Below are positions 14,194 to 29,300 of a stretch of 64,000 bases of DNA, piece by piece (the stretch's first letter is position 1; every line of letters begins with the position of its first letter). This DNA comes from Octopus vulgaris (lineage: Eukaryota): contig OX597818.1 of the NCBI GenBank assembly GCA_951406725.2, positions 23,932,001 to 23,996,000 of the forward strand. Reading direction: 5' to 3'. The position numbers were made by a program, and so were the translations under genes. Below the pieces are notes generated by a model. It saw only the letters and a list, made by a program, of their open reading frames with translations, searched no databases and was not told where the DNA came from.

Positions 14194-14372
14194 TCAACTT
14201 TCAAACTGCTTGGGCGCAAACTTCTTGGCACTTTCTACAGTGTTCTGAAGCAGCATAGCCACAGTCATGGGACCAACACCCCCCGGAACTGGCGTAATCC
14301 AAGAGGCAACTTCTTTAGCTCCACAAAAATCAACATCACCAACAAGTCTCTTTCCACTTTTCTTTGTCTCAT
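14194..14372 (-). CDS. MTHFD1: MTHFD1-like final exon
   Basis: [16 protein letters not shown]...[33 protein letters not shown]. Confidence 0.93.
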
Positions 14373-17300
14373 CTGTAAAACAAGAAAACATACAGACAAT
14401 TTGATCTATATAGTTATTTACCGCATTGTATAATTACATGACACTGAAGCCTCATCAACTTTTCTTAGAAAATATCCATTAACAGTTTCTTTAACTATCT
14501 TGTCAAACACTAAACAACTTCAAAATATGCCAATATAAAAATCACCCCTTTACCCGTCTTTTTCATGCTGACTTATAAAATGGACTAATAAAATGGTAAT
14601 TCTGACAAAACAACATCAGTGCTCCAGTGTCCATTTGGCATGTGTGAAGGTGTATGTTCTCAATTCCAATCATTTTACAGCATGTGCTGGAAATTTTTCT
14701 ATATGAACATCACTAGTTTGGCTATCATGCAGCTCGCAAGACTATGAACCCTGAATCTAGAAAAGAGGATCTTTATAAGGAGTAGAGAGGAATAAAATGT
14801 GAGGAAAAGGGGCAGTGCAGAACAAATTCCTTGCTGTAGAGAAGCAACATGACTACTTGCATTTTGAAGAGACAGGGGTGAAGTTGAAAAGAGAGGGTAG
14901 TGTAGAAAATAAAACTTGATTTTGCATCAACATGTGACATTGCAACTGTCTCTTCAAAATATATTATATATACATGAGTGTTATACAAATGCCCCAGCTG
15001 AAGTAAATATGAAGGTATTTCACTAACCTGGGATAGAATTAATTCCACAATCAACAACAACTGCACCAGGCTTGATCCAATCTGACTTGACAAATTCTGG
15101 TCTTCCTATAGCAACCACAAGTATGTCAGCTGTTCTTACCTGTACAATATTTTTAGTTTAATTAGCAAATGAATATCTACTCTTCTCTTTAAAGATAATG
15201 TTTACAATTAATCAACCAGATATTTGTTAAATGCATAATTAGGTGTCTGTTTATGGCTTTAGAAAAGGGAAAGATAGGTAGTGTTACATCTATTCAAATC
15301 TTTTCCAAAAGTAAATAGCAGTTTAAGTGAAGAGAAAAAACTACAAGATGGTGACAAAACAAGCTTATTTCTTAATTTAAATTACAAGTCTGTAAATTAA
15401 ATATAGTAAAATAATTTAACTTTGATAAACTTCCATCATCTAGATATATGTTGAAATGAAAAGATAATAGCCTGAAACAGAAAAAGAACACTTAAAAAGT
15501 TTTCAATAATAAAAGGAAGACACTGACAAATGTCGCACGTACAGCTGAGCAAAGCATATGAAGCAAATGTACCAAAGGATACATAGATTTAAGAACCCAG
15601 TGACAGTTTACTAATACATATTTTTCTAAGATCCAGCCCATTAGTGCAAATGTGATTAAAAGTTTAGACATTTGTTTATAGCTACAATCATTTACACATT
15701 GTTCATAAATGTATCATATTTTTTTTAACTATGCTAACTTGTGGTATGTGTAATAGTAAAAACTTGTTAGAGATGATGTCTACCTTTGTTTCTAATGAAA
15801 AAAAAAAAAATCAGACCAATTTTTTTTTACATAAACAGAAGAATATTTTAAAATCAGAGTTGGTACACAATTTAAAATTGTAAAAAAAATATTAATTGCA
15901 GACATGTGAAAAAAAAGAATATTTTATCAGCAACATTGCAACCAGTACAAAATCAAGTAAATAATAAGTAACATCATTAATTTGTGACAGCAATGTAGTA
16001 GTGTGTTTCAAAGAAGTTTTCAACATAGAGATATTTAATCTAGTAATTCATGCAAACATTTATTATCAATAACAATAGTTGTTTAAATCTAAATCAGTTC
16101 TATGATCAAAGGTGTTTCAATCACAACCATGTCTTTTGTTTTTTTTAAAGAATGTATCTGAGACTACATTCTCCAATGTCTTTCATTTCTGTAAGACAGA
16201 AAGGTGTGATTTGAAGAATATTTGACTACATATAGCCTCTCTTATAATAACAGTATTTTGTAATACTGTCATCATTATATTATTACACAATACCTGACAC
16301 AAAACACATTTTACATAAGCAGTTCAGATATATAGAGAAGTAGTGGAAGAAATAAAGATTAATTAGCATGTAATTTTCTCAAAGGTAGCAGCAATGTAAA
16401 AATGGCTCATTTTCCATATAGAATACTTTCAGGCTCACTAAACTTGGAAGTAAAAGTATTCTTTAATAATTAGTTCATCATAAATAAATAAGCACACTTA
16501 TTTATTTATTATAAATACCCAAACCAAAATGCAATAAAACAAAATATGCAACTTCAGATAATTGCAAAATGTAATGCTAAACTGCAGAGTGATACAGAAG
16601 AAAAAATCTTATGAATTAATCAAGATTCTACTGAGGAGTGAGTTGACAGAGAAAGTAAAGTATTCAGTTTCACTCGTTTAAATTACAAGTTCTAATACCA
16701 TTATTCTTTCCTTCCATTGAAATCAACTGTATTCAGAGGACAAAATATAAGGTTTCTGCTGTTCGTCAGCTGGACACATCTACAGCTGAAGAACAAATTG
16801 TCCCCACCTACCACAATGTCATAAGTAGATTATCATTGCAAACATCTTGATCTATGCATTATAAGGTTAAGGACAAAATATAAGGTTTCTGCAGTTCGTC
16901 AGCTGGACACATCTATAGTTGAAGAACAAATTGTCCCCACCTACCACAATGTCATAAGTAGATTATCATTGCAAATATCTTGATCTATGCATTATAAGGT
17001 TAAGGACAAAATATAAGGTTTCTGCAGTTCGTCAGCTGGACACATCTATAGTTGAAGAACAAATTGTCCCCACCTACCACAATGTCATAAGTAGATTATC
17101 ATTGCAAACATCTTGATCTATGCATTATAAGGTTAAGGACAAAATATAAGGTTTCTGCAGTTCATCAGCTGGACACATCTATAGTTGAAGAACAAATTGT
17201 CCCCACCTACCACAATGTCATAAGTAGATTATCATTGCAAACATCTTGATCTATGCATTATAAGGTTAAGGACAAAATATAAGGTTTCTGCAGTTCGTCA

Positions 17301-20300
17301 GCTGGACACATCTATAGTTGAAGAACAAATTGTCCCCACCTACCACAATGTCATAAGTAGATTATCATTGCAAACATCTTGATCTATGCATCGTAAGGTT
17401 AACCCAACCCACACAAGTAATGAGAAATGCTAAGTAAAACATCCAATAAGAATTACATATGTAACACAAAGATATGTAAAAATATTGTCAAACTTACCAC
17501 AGCTGGCAGATCAACAGTCTTTGAGTGACAAACTGTGACAGTAGCATGGTTCCATAATAACAAATTGGACATGGGAGCACCGACTATTTTGCTTCGACCT
17601 AACACAACAGCAGTTTTACCACTAACTGGCACCCCTAGTGGAATAGATTCAATACAGGAAAATTTATTAAGACTTTATTTAACAAATATCTAATATTTAT
17701 TAACTACTTTCTTGCCATATTTCTGTTGAAATACACTGCCACTGTTTCAAATAATTTCAAACATAAATGAAGAATTTAGTAAAATACCATTGTCAGTCAT
17801 TATTAAACTGGTGTTTGGAAAATATATTAAACTTGAAATTTAAATGGAAAGCTTAAACTGGAAGTTTGTATTAAAGAACCAGGAGCAGTCTCAGACAGGT
17901 AGGTATCAAAAAGGTTAAATAATATTTATCAAATAAACTTTACCTTTTAAATGATAAAGGAGATGACAACTTAATAGGAATATGGGTGATGCATGAATTC
18001 AGACATAGCTGCGTGGTTAAGTTTTCTTCCAAATCATATGGTTCTGGATCTAACTTCACTGCAATACTTAGAGGTGTCTTGTATTGAACCTTGGGTAACT
18101 AACAAGGTCATCATTTATTGTTGTTTCTAGTATTGCATTATACTCCTACCAAAAACAACCCAGTTATCAAATAAAAGCCTAATAACTGAGTAATGCTTTG
18201 TTAAATTGTAGTGATAAGCTCAGCTCTTTCTTAGAGGTATGGAAAAGGTAACAGGAAAACTATACTCATGTTTTTTCTCTTGAATCATGTAAGGCCAAAT
18301 GGCATATCAATAAGGCATCAAGTTATGCTACCACCACCCACTTTTCCAATGCTTGTATGTATCAGACAGAAGTTTTTGAGGCAGATTTTTCTTATTGTCA
18401 AGTAAGGTAATATTCCCCATGACCAGACATGCTTCCATGGAAGACTGGAAATGAAGGACACCACTTGTATGACAGTGACACTCATTTACAACAACCACTT
18501 GATGTGGAAACAAGGAGATACCAACTTATGCACACACAAATACATACACGCATGATGAGCTTCTGTCAACCAAATTCACTCACAAGGCTTTGGTCAGTTC
18601 AGGGCTGTAGCAGAAGACACTTGCCTGAGCTACCGCACAGTGGGACTGAACCCAAGACCATGTAGTTGGGAAGCAAACTTCTACCATACAACTATATATA
18701 ATCAAGTTTACTATCACTAACAAACTGTTGCTAGGTAAATACAGTGTAATAGCTAGGTGCTATGTTTGCATCAATAAAGTGAATCATTTATACTAATTTA
18801 TAGAGATTAGCCTCCAACATTACAAAGCTAATTTAGAAAAAATCCAAATATTAAAATATAAGAATACAACAACTCACCACCACCAGCTAAATATTGTAAT
18901 ATAATTAATCACTAGTGTGCATTACACCTACATGTACTTTATACAACTACAAGTATTTACGATTAGTTTTCAAAAAAAAAAAAAAGAATGAAATTAAATC
19001 TATTTTTAAAAGGTCACAAGTAACTGCTATGGTGTTAACAGGAAATGTAAAGTTTAAATCTGTGTTTGGAAAAAGAATCTGGGACATATAATGTTGTAGA
19101 GTGAAAGGTTTAGCAAAATTTGGTAATTACGTAATACCATGACAATAAAGATGAGCTTCTAGAGATGATAACACCTCATGATAATGATGGTAGATAAAAA
19201 ATAAAAGTAAAACTATACCTGATTTTTTGATTAATTCTAAACATCCCCGTGGAGTACAGGGAGTAATACAGTGACTGAGGTCACCAACAGCTAACTTTCC
19301 AGCATTTTCTGAATGCAAACTACAAAGAATACAAATTCAATTTTCAATGGATCTATTAAGTTTTGTTAGAAAACAATTACCTGTTTAAATAGACAAATAT
19401 ATACAAGCAAGATAATAACCATAATTTTATTTAATAAACATAACATGGGTTATTAGTTAACTGACTAGCAGTTTAATAGCATGACAGTGTATGTGGAAAA
19501 TACATGCATGTGCAGATCACACCAAGCAGCAACTGTTTATTTTTATACAGATCCAAATGGACTCTAAAAAAGTCAGTCATTTCTTATTGGATGTGGTGTG
19601 CAAGAGAGACGTTTGCACTGGTATGGCCATGTACTATGGATAGATGAGGAGAGCTGTGTGAAGAAGTGCCACTCCCAAACAGTTGAAGGAATCCAGGGTA
19701 GAGGTAGACCTAGGAAGACATGGGATGAGGTGGTGAAGCATGACCTTCAAACGTTGGGCCTCACAGAGGCAATGACGAAAGATCGAGACCTCTGGAGATA
19801 TGCTGTGACTGTGAAGACCCGGCATATAAAGTGAGTTCACGGCTGTCTCCTACACCAGTTTCGCATAACCAGCCCCAGATATTTCCTATTAACTACACTT
19901 TCACCCTTGTATATCACTCACTACATTAACCTCTACATCTTTATCTGTTCCTTGTTACCAACATCCTTATATTCTTTCCTGCTATTCCCAACCACTTGTA
20001 TAATGCAACATAACCCTATATATCCCCTACACCAAAACATTTATATGAGTTCCTCTATCATACTCTAGCTTCACAACACCTGGCATAAAACCACCTCTTC
20101 TTTTACTACTTAGTTGCAGAGACTCCTCTTTTTGAAAAGAGCTTCCAGTACACTTTGTGAAGTGGTTGGTGCTTGAAAAGGCATCCAACTGTAGAAGCCC
20201 TACCAAAGCAGATGTTGGAGCTCTGTGCAATCTTCTGGTTTATTGGATATTGTTAAACCAAACAACCCATGCCAGCATGGAAGGTAGGTATTAAATGATA

Positions 20301-23300
20301 ATGAAAGATATAATACAACAGACTTCTTCCAGTTTCTGTCTACCCAATTCACTTACAAGGCTTTTGTTGGCCAGGAGCTAAAGAAGGCATTTGCCAGGTG
20401 TCAAGTAGTGGATTTATAGTTGGGAAGAAAACTTATATACAACACACCTATACACATACACACAGATATATCTGTCTTCCAAGTTAAGCAAGCTTCAAAA
20501 GGAAATGTTTCCTATAAAAAATATTTTGGTATTACCCATCAACATCTTTGGAAGGAATTATAGAATTGGTGACAAGATGAGAATCAATTTCATGTTCAGA
20601 TTCCATTGGTAGCTAGAGAGAGAATGAGAGACAAAGAAAAATAGTTAATAAAAACAAAGCAAAATGCCTGAATCTTTTTTTAACAGAGAATCTTCAGAAT
20701 GTAAATTCAAGTTAATCCTTTTAAAATAGTTGACATAAATTTACACATGCAATATACATGTTTGGTTGATGTAATTATATACTGCCTGGTCCACCTGCCA
20801 ACTGATAGGTCAATTACATGTTTCATGCAAATATTTACTACCTGATAGGCTGGTCCTGCCACTCCGGCTCTGTCAATTTGCTGTTGCATCCCGTTTCGTC
20901 GAATTTACATTCATCACGTCCTACCACTTCATTGTCACATCCTGTTTTGTCAAATTTACGGTTGTCGCACCAGGCAATACCAAAATTCACAACCTCACCA
21001 GTTGTTTCTTCCAGTTCGGACAATGATTCAGATAGTGAGTATTCTTACTAGTTTAGAATCAGATGATTCCAATAGTGATAGTGATATTCCAGTGAATCAA
21101 AGGCACAGGCGTGCAGTAGTGAATGGCCCCAAACAACAGACTATCAGGTGACGTGCAAGAGACAATTTTGTCCAATGGTATGGGTTTACTGGTACGCCTG
21201 ACATAAAGACAAACCTTGAACATGGAAATTCACCATTGCAAATCTTCCGTGAGTTTTTGATGAATGAAATGTTCCAATATATAGCGAACAAAAATGAGTA
21301 TGCTGAAAACCATCCCCAGCATGTCAGACCCGGGCATGGTGGTGATTGGTTTCCAACCAGAGGGTCAAAATCAAATTTCTGCTTGCCCTGCTGATACTGA
21401 TGTGCATCGTGAATAAACCGACTTTAGTGTCATTGGAATCTGGATCCAACCACACCAACACATTTCTTTCCAGAAATGATGGCACATGATCAATTTTTGG
21501 CGCTTCTTTGAAATCTACATTTCAACTCAGATAAGAACCAGGATGATAGGTTGCACTAAATACATCCTATCATTGATGAAGTGGCTGAAAATTTCAGAAT
21601 GATGTATGTCCCCACACAGGACATTTGTATTGGTAAAGTTTGTGGAAATTCAAGGGAAGGCTCTGATTCAAACAATACAACCCGACCAAATGTGCTCGCT
21701 TTGGAGTCAAGGTTTATAAAGTATGCCAGTCAACTAGCAAAGCCTGTAGATATATGTGGAATTACAAAATCTACACTGGTCAGGACAGATTGGATCTTCC
21801 AGTGTCAATTAGAGTTGAATGAAAGCTTGTTTGTCAAAGGCTACAATATTTATATGAACAGCTGGTTTTCCAGTCCAGACCTCTTCCTGCAGTTGCAGAT
21901 GAGGAAGACTAATGCCTGTGGGACTGTGAGGATACACAGGGAAAACATGCCACCTGATCTTCACAAGATAAAACTTTGAAAGGGGGAAACAGTGTACCTA
22001 TGCACTGATAGTAGCATTCTTGCTCTAGCGTGACGTGACAAGAAAAACGTCTGCATGTTATCCACAACACATTCTGCAAGCACGAAGAACAGTAGGAAAC
22101 AAGATGAGGATGGTAATGCTATAATGAAACCAAGCGTAGTTGTTTCATACAATGAAGGGATGGGCAGGGTTGATTGCTGAGATCAGCTGGCGACAACACA
22201 CAAATTGGTGAGAAAATTTGTGAAATGGTACAAAAAAAATTTTCTTGTGTATAATTGACAATGTGTCTTGAACTCCCCTTTGATTTGGCAGATAATTGGT
22301 GGTGTAACGGGATGAATTGACATTCAGGAATCTACTGTTCTATGAAATGATAGAAGCATCAGAGCTTCCAAAGTACAGAACATGTGGACATCCCCATGTT
22401 GGACATTTTCCACGACTGTTTTCCCCCACCGCCATGAAGACAAATGCTCCAATGAGATGCACAGTATGTAAAGCAAAAGGGAAACATAAGGAAACTAAAT
22501 ACTATTTGTTCACAATGTGATATGCCACTATGTGCAGTATCCTGTTTTGAACTCTACCACACTAAAGTCAATTTTTGAATTCACGTGATTGTAAATACAT
22601 GAAGTTGATCTGACTTGTGCTGTTGAGCGATCTTATTCAGGGATAATACTGCATGAGTATCCTGCACAGGGATATAGTTTAGGTAAATAAACAATATTTG
22701 CACTAAAGAGGTTGATGTAACTATATGTTAAACATTATCTCGTACTAAGTGCTGACCTGAATTGGTGCAATTACCGTAGCCACGTGCAGGCAAATGAATG
22801 AATCACCGCTGTAAACTGGTTAAAGCCCCTGATGTAAATATACGCTGAACCATTGTCGTGTGCTTAATTGCTGATCTCAGCCGAGATGACTACCATCAAT
22901 GCAACCTAGTTGCTTGATTAAAAAAAACCCTGTTATCATGGGGTTAATAAAATCATCATTTTAAAAAAATGTGTATAATTAAAAAGATAAAACCATCTGT
23001 ATTTATACTGATTTCTTAGTTAAAAAAACTTCAATCTTCTACTCAGGTGAATGAAAATGAAGATTGTGTAATACTAAGCTAACTATTACCAAGAAGTGAA
23101 ATAAAACTGTAGACATGACTTCCCTCTATTCTTTGGTATTTGGTCAGTCTCTACTGTTGCTACTCTTTACTATACAGTTGTTGCTTAGCCTCACGTGGCT
23201 GTGACCAAGCATATCTATGGCTGAAGGTATCCCAATTATGACCATCCAATCTAAGATGACATTATACAATGTCAGTGTGGAAGACAAATATCAGCCACTC

Positions 23301-26300
23301 AAAAACACAAAGACTGTTAGCAACACTTAAGCATTTATCATTTGGTGCGACAAAAATTTGGACACCAAAAAATAAATATTTAAGTGAAGTTAACAGTCTT
23401 TGTGTGCTTTTGATTGTCTAGGATGTGTCTTCCACATTGTAATTTAATTTCAACACATAGTCACACATCAAATCGCCAGGTAAGTACACCCATGAAATTA
23501 TACAATGTTAATTTTTTATGCTGATAGAATGTAATTAGGCTGTTATTTCTAGCAAATTGAACAACTAGGTGAAGACTCACTCATTGGCCTTTTTACTGTA
23601 AAGCTGCCTATATATAAACAATGAAAGAAAGGGCAACAATGCAAACTGCTGCAATTTGTTGTACATTGCAATTTTCTTTATTTTAATATTCTCTTGCTTA
23701 GACAAGGTTTTGATTATCAAAGCCATTTTAATTGGACTTGTATCACTAAGGATTTTAGAGAAAATAAGCCTTTCACATGATCCCTTTTATTTTCCTGTAA
23801 AAGTCCCAGGCTCTATGGATACTTTTAACAATTTATGCTTGGTTAATATTTAAACTTTGTTTCCTAGTGCACACGATTAATCCCTAAAGCTGTAGATAGC
23901 CCCCACCCGATAGGTTATCAACCAATTAACTGAATAGAATTACCAATTGTGAAAAGAAAGGCAGAATGCTGTCAAAGTACCTGAACAATAATACCATGGA
24001 CAGTAAGGTCTTCATTGAGTCTGTTAACTGTTGCCAACACCTAAAAAAATAAAATAAATGTAAATGCAAATATCTTGAGGGTTGGCATCAGGAAATGCAT
24101 CCAACCATAGAACACACTTCAGCATACTCTTGTCTGACTCATGCAAGCATAGAAAAATAGATGTTGAAAATGATAATGATGAACTGATAGGTACACACTT
24201 TACAATTCTCATAGTCGAATTGTGTGCTTGTCTCTTTTGTAACTTTTAACCATTAATGAGTAACACTTGAACATCAACTGCAATAAACTTATCCATTAAC
24301 CACACAAACTACACACACAGGCTGTGTGTTCAAACAGTGTAATTGGGTCATATACAATACTAAGCAGCCTGGTAAGCAAGGATACATGTTTATTGCAGCA
24401 ATAAATTATAAGTCTATTGCACACCAGTAATTAAATCCTTATCAATATTTGTCATATATAAGATTATAAGCAAAATACTTCTCAGCATGAAATTTGTTAA
24501 TTCCAAAACTTATTAGCAGACATGATTTTAAGTAATGGCATCATGTAAAAAATAAGTGCTTAAGAATATTCCACAATCGAATAGAAAGCTTTGAAACAAC
24601 ATATTTTAAAAAAGACACAATATTCATATGGTAGTGTTGCTGGCTTCCTGTGATGCTTATGTTTATTATATCACTTGACCCAATCTGAAAGTCAGGTGAT
24701 CAGTGCTATTTAACATGGTTATTAGTTTGATGAAAGAAGTATTGTTATTCAAAAAGCAACAATAAACAATGATGATGATGATGATGATGAAAATCAGTTG
24801 AATAACTAAACAAGAGAAGGCAATAAAAGAACTGAATTAGTAAGTACTGTTATCTAACTTACATCAGCTTGAGTTGAAGATTTTGGTAATTTGATGTGCT
24901 CTGCTTTCATCCCAATGTCAGCTGAATTCTTTACTTTCATTCTAATATAAACATTAGAATCTTCACGGTCTCCAACCTAATAAAAGAATTGTTATGACTA
25001 TACACTGCTACTACTACTAACACCAATTGTCTGATATTTAGTATCAGACAGGTAGTAGTAGTAGTAGTGTAACAAGTCTAATTCATGTGGTTGAGATTGT
25101 CTTGTCTTTCAAGTTAAGCTTACTGCTCTTATTTCTGTTACATTTATATAAACTTCTGCACCTGACTAAACCATTTATTTATACATGGAAACAAATATTT
25201 TCTTTACTTTATTTTGTATTCTATAAATGAAGTAATTTTAAATACTTTTTAATTTTCAATATTAGTTTCTCTGAAATGAAATCTTCATCTTGGAAATCTC
25301 ATAAAAACAAAGACTTTGCCCTCATGTTTATTATCCAATGACAGTTTCAAAATGTTAGTGATAATCCTAATCCTTAACATGCAATACAATTTAGTTTAGA
25401 ACAATATCCTCGGGTGTCTTTAGTGAAGTTCATTTAGTTGCATTTGAACCAGAGTTTCAGTACCCTGCTCCTTGCAGATATCCAGAATGGGCATCAACTG
25501 CATCAATCCCACATACCGAAGAGATCTTCAGAAAGTCATGGGTACTAATCCTAGCCCTCCTCTTCTGATGAAGCATCGCAAAAGAAAAAAAGATTGTGTC
25601 ATTAGGAAACGTTAAAGATAAGGCAGCTACTTTGTATTTCATCAATATATGCCAAGATTAAAGTAATTCTTTATAAGCATATAGTAAGTGATGGTAACAA
25701 AAATAGTAAATTATATACAACTATAGAAGAAAAAACACTGAGTTTGATATACCTGAGATTCACTCTTTATAGAAAGAGAGTGCAGTCAGTTGAAGTGATC
25801 CCTAGTTCATGTCTAGTTATCATTTATGGCTCACATTGATGGCTTGAACCATCTCACAAGAGAAAAGTTAAAAGTTCCCTTAACCATTGCCAATGGTATG
25901 TATGTCATTATTTGAATATCTCAAGCAGTATTCATAACATCTGTGCTTATCTCTAAGGTGCTTGAGCTCAAAGATTAATTGTTATCTAACATAGAATATT
26001 AATTGCAATACTATATCTAACTAACCCAGCTTTTATTATGATTAGACATTAATTTCAAGAAATAATTCTCACCTGGACTATAACTAAGCAAGGTAAAAAT
26101 TTGGGATATTTGTCTTGGAAGTTTTCAATATCTTCTTTCAATTTATTGCGGATCTCCCTAAAAAGACATTAACAAAACAAATCAAAGACACTTAAATAGC
26201 ATACAGTTTCATCTACACGGTGAAACTTCAAGAAATCTATGTACAAAAAAAAAAAAAAGCTGTTTAAGTCAGCCTCGACCAATTTGTCTCTATATTTAGA

Positions 26301-29300
26301 ATTCTGTTTGTTCTCTTTTTCCTACCAAGTCATCAGGTTGTGTGATTGCTCGGTAATTTGGTTATTATATGCATAATTGTGAGGTGATTTGGCTATTATA
26401 TGTGTAAATAATTTTTTCTTATACTTGTATAGACATCAGATTTGAGAGAAAGCAAGCAAGAAATTAGTAATAGTTAATATCAAAATGTATGCAAGTTTGT
26501 GGTGTCAGTACGCAAAATTTCAACTCTTCAATTTATGTTATCACTCCTCTAACCCCTTGATTTGTGAATTGACTAATTATGTATAACATACATGGACAAT
26601 GTGGGTCGTCAGGCTACTTTTTAACACCTTAACCCTTTCATTACTGTATTTATTTTGAGATGCTCAGTGTTTCTTTCAATTACTTTAAATATAACAAAGA
26701 ATGTAGTAAAATAACTTAGTTATCATTCAGCTAGTGTTAGGAACATAAATTGTGACTAAGGTTTGGTGGAAGATTTTAATTCAAACCTTATGAAAACAAG
26801 ACATTTGTACAACAGAGCCAGAGCCGGTTTCAGCCAGGTTGGTAACGAAAGGGTTAACCAAGCTCTAATGTTGTAATTTTTAAATATTATTTATTTAACT
26901 ATAAGCAATTAAGCATAAAACAAAACACAAAATTTTAAAAAATGAGGCTTTTTGGAGCATCTGTTTACAAGTTCAAAAAATCTAAAATACAAAGTTAAAC
27001 ATAAAAGACTAAGCAACTTAACCTATTAGCATTTAAACTGACATTATCTGGCCCATATATTCTACCTGTACTATGTTTAAATTGTTAATATATGGCCTCT
27101 CACACTTACCCTACAATGTCATTCTGAAAATAATTACATCATCAAAATTTCAAAGCTACAAGATAATGCACAATTAATTCAAAACAATGTGAATAAATAA
27201 ATATTAAATTTCACAGTATTATCTGAACGCCAAAGGGTTAAACTGGCCATATCCACCATCCCAAGACTACCCGACTAGGTATTTCTAGACAAAAAAAAAA
27301 AAAAGAAAAAAAAAAAACCCCTAAACAACCACATCATTGAAATCTCAATACTACATTTGACAGAGTAATACAAATGCTAAATGGATAAATGACCATATCC
27401 TTTTCAAGGTTAAAGTATTGTTTTGTTTAAATATATAATTTTAACAAATGTAATATGAAAAATTACATTAAACACACTAAAAAATTAAACTGCAAAAAAA
27501 CACTATATCAAAAGAATATGGGTTAAATCAAAAATCTAAATCTGAAATTTATTAACATCTTGTTCTTATAAACAGATTTAATGCCACTAGATCTTTCACA
27601 GAAGTCTTCAAAACTGATCTGAATATTTTAAAATTAGCTTCTTTAAAATTGGAAAATTTAATGCATTATTATTGCATTTTATCATTAATTATATATTGCA
27701 GTCAGTATATTTTCACTAATCCTGACACCATTAACCCAACAACTGATTCCAACTCCAAAGCTCTGATACTGTGAACAGAAACCAGAATAAAATACTAAAC
27801 TCCTTACATTCTTATGAAACTTCCCCTGCACATCCGCACTGTCCACATCCCCAATTCAATCCACTGTATCATTCCACCTATATTTGCACCCACCCCCATC
27901 TCCTCACTCTCTTTGACTAACTGGGATATTCTTGTGTCTCTTTTACAGCAAGATGCCCATTTCTATCCCTCAACTATTCTTTTAACCTCTCAACTGGCAC
28001 AAAGCCACCTCCCTCAATACTACTCCTTCCAGTCAAAGGACTTTGTCTCACAAGTTGCTTGGCAAACCCACTGGTACTGGTGCCACAAAAAAAGCACCCA
28101 TTACACTCTGTAAAGTGGTTGGTGTTAGGAAGGGCATCCAACCATAGAAACCATGCAAAAATGGACAACAAAGCCTGACAAAGTCTTCTGGCTTGCCAGC
28201 TCTTGTCAAACCATTCAACCCATGCTAGAATGGAAAATAGACATTAAATAATGATGGTAATGATTAAATATCATTAAATTTTCTAAAGAAACAAGCTTCG
28301 AATATGTAGAGTTAATAAATTTTATAATTTATAATTGTATAACATCACACATTCTGAAACACTTAACGTTTTTAAAAAGGAAAACTGTCAAAAGCTCATG
28401 CTTTTCAAAATCTCTTAACACTATTCCCCACTGTACCTCTCAGGTATTTCCGTTTTTTTTTTTTTTAACATCTTTTGTATTCTTCACACTCCCACCCCAC
28501 TAACCAACATTTTTCATTTACTTCTCTCTTTTCTTTCCTCTTCCAAACCCCCAGCTTTGCATTCTGTAAAAACTTTTTTCTTTACAATTTCCATACCACA
28601 AAAAAAAAAAAAAAAAAAAAGCTGCTTGTGATTACTGTAACTTCTAAAAATAACAGTTGATGGTGAACCTGAACAATTCATGGCAATATTGCTATTTTTC
28701 CATTAGAAAATGTAGACAAAAAACAAATAAGAATCAATATAATTCCTATAAAGCTGAATTTTACATGGCACATTTTTCATTTCCCAGAGATGACAGAATT
28801 ATGGATAAATTAGCCTTCACTTCAAGATGCCAAGATCCCCACCTCCAGGAAAGAAATATTCAATTAGTTACAAAGCTTATAGAAAAAAGCAGATCCTCTA
28901 CAAGAACTTGATCTGAATCCTCTTTCACAGTCTAACCCCTTGTCCCCTAGCATGAAGCTGACTCCGCCCAGAATTTATAGTCCTGTAAACTGCATGGTGA
29001 TTTCAAAAGTGCTGAATATATGCTTTATATATCATCAAATATGCTATAAAGTGATTGGCATTTGGAAGGGTATCCAACTGTCGAACCCATGACAAAGCAA
29101 ACACTGAAACATGATGTAGTTGGACTCATTGGACACATAAGATGGAATTTATCCGATTTTTTTTGGACAATGCTCTTGGAAGTGAAGGGCAGCATCTTTT
29201 TATGGAAAAAAAAAATTGCGAAATATGATTAATAATTTTTTTGTTTTTCAACGGCAATAGTAAGAGAAAGAAATTCACGAATTATTTTTATGCTTGAGTG

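Noticed and set aside
16737-17401. CRISPR-like regular repeat array
   Set aside because: Units are contiguous 133-bp copies without unique spacers, there are no cas genes, and the context is a eukaryotic intron.
21000-22580. Domesticated piggyBac gene
   Set aside because: Multiple stops and frameshifts, and the catalytic DN motif is altered to NS.
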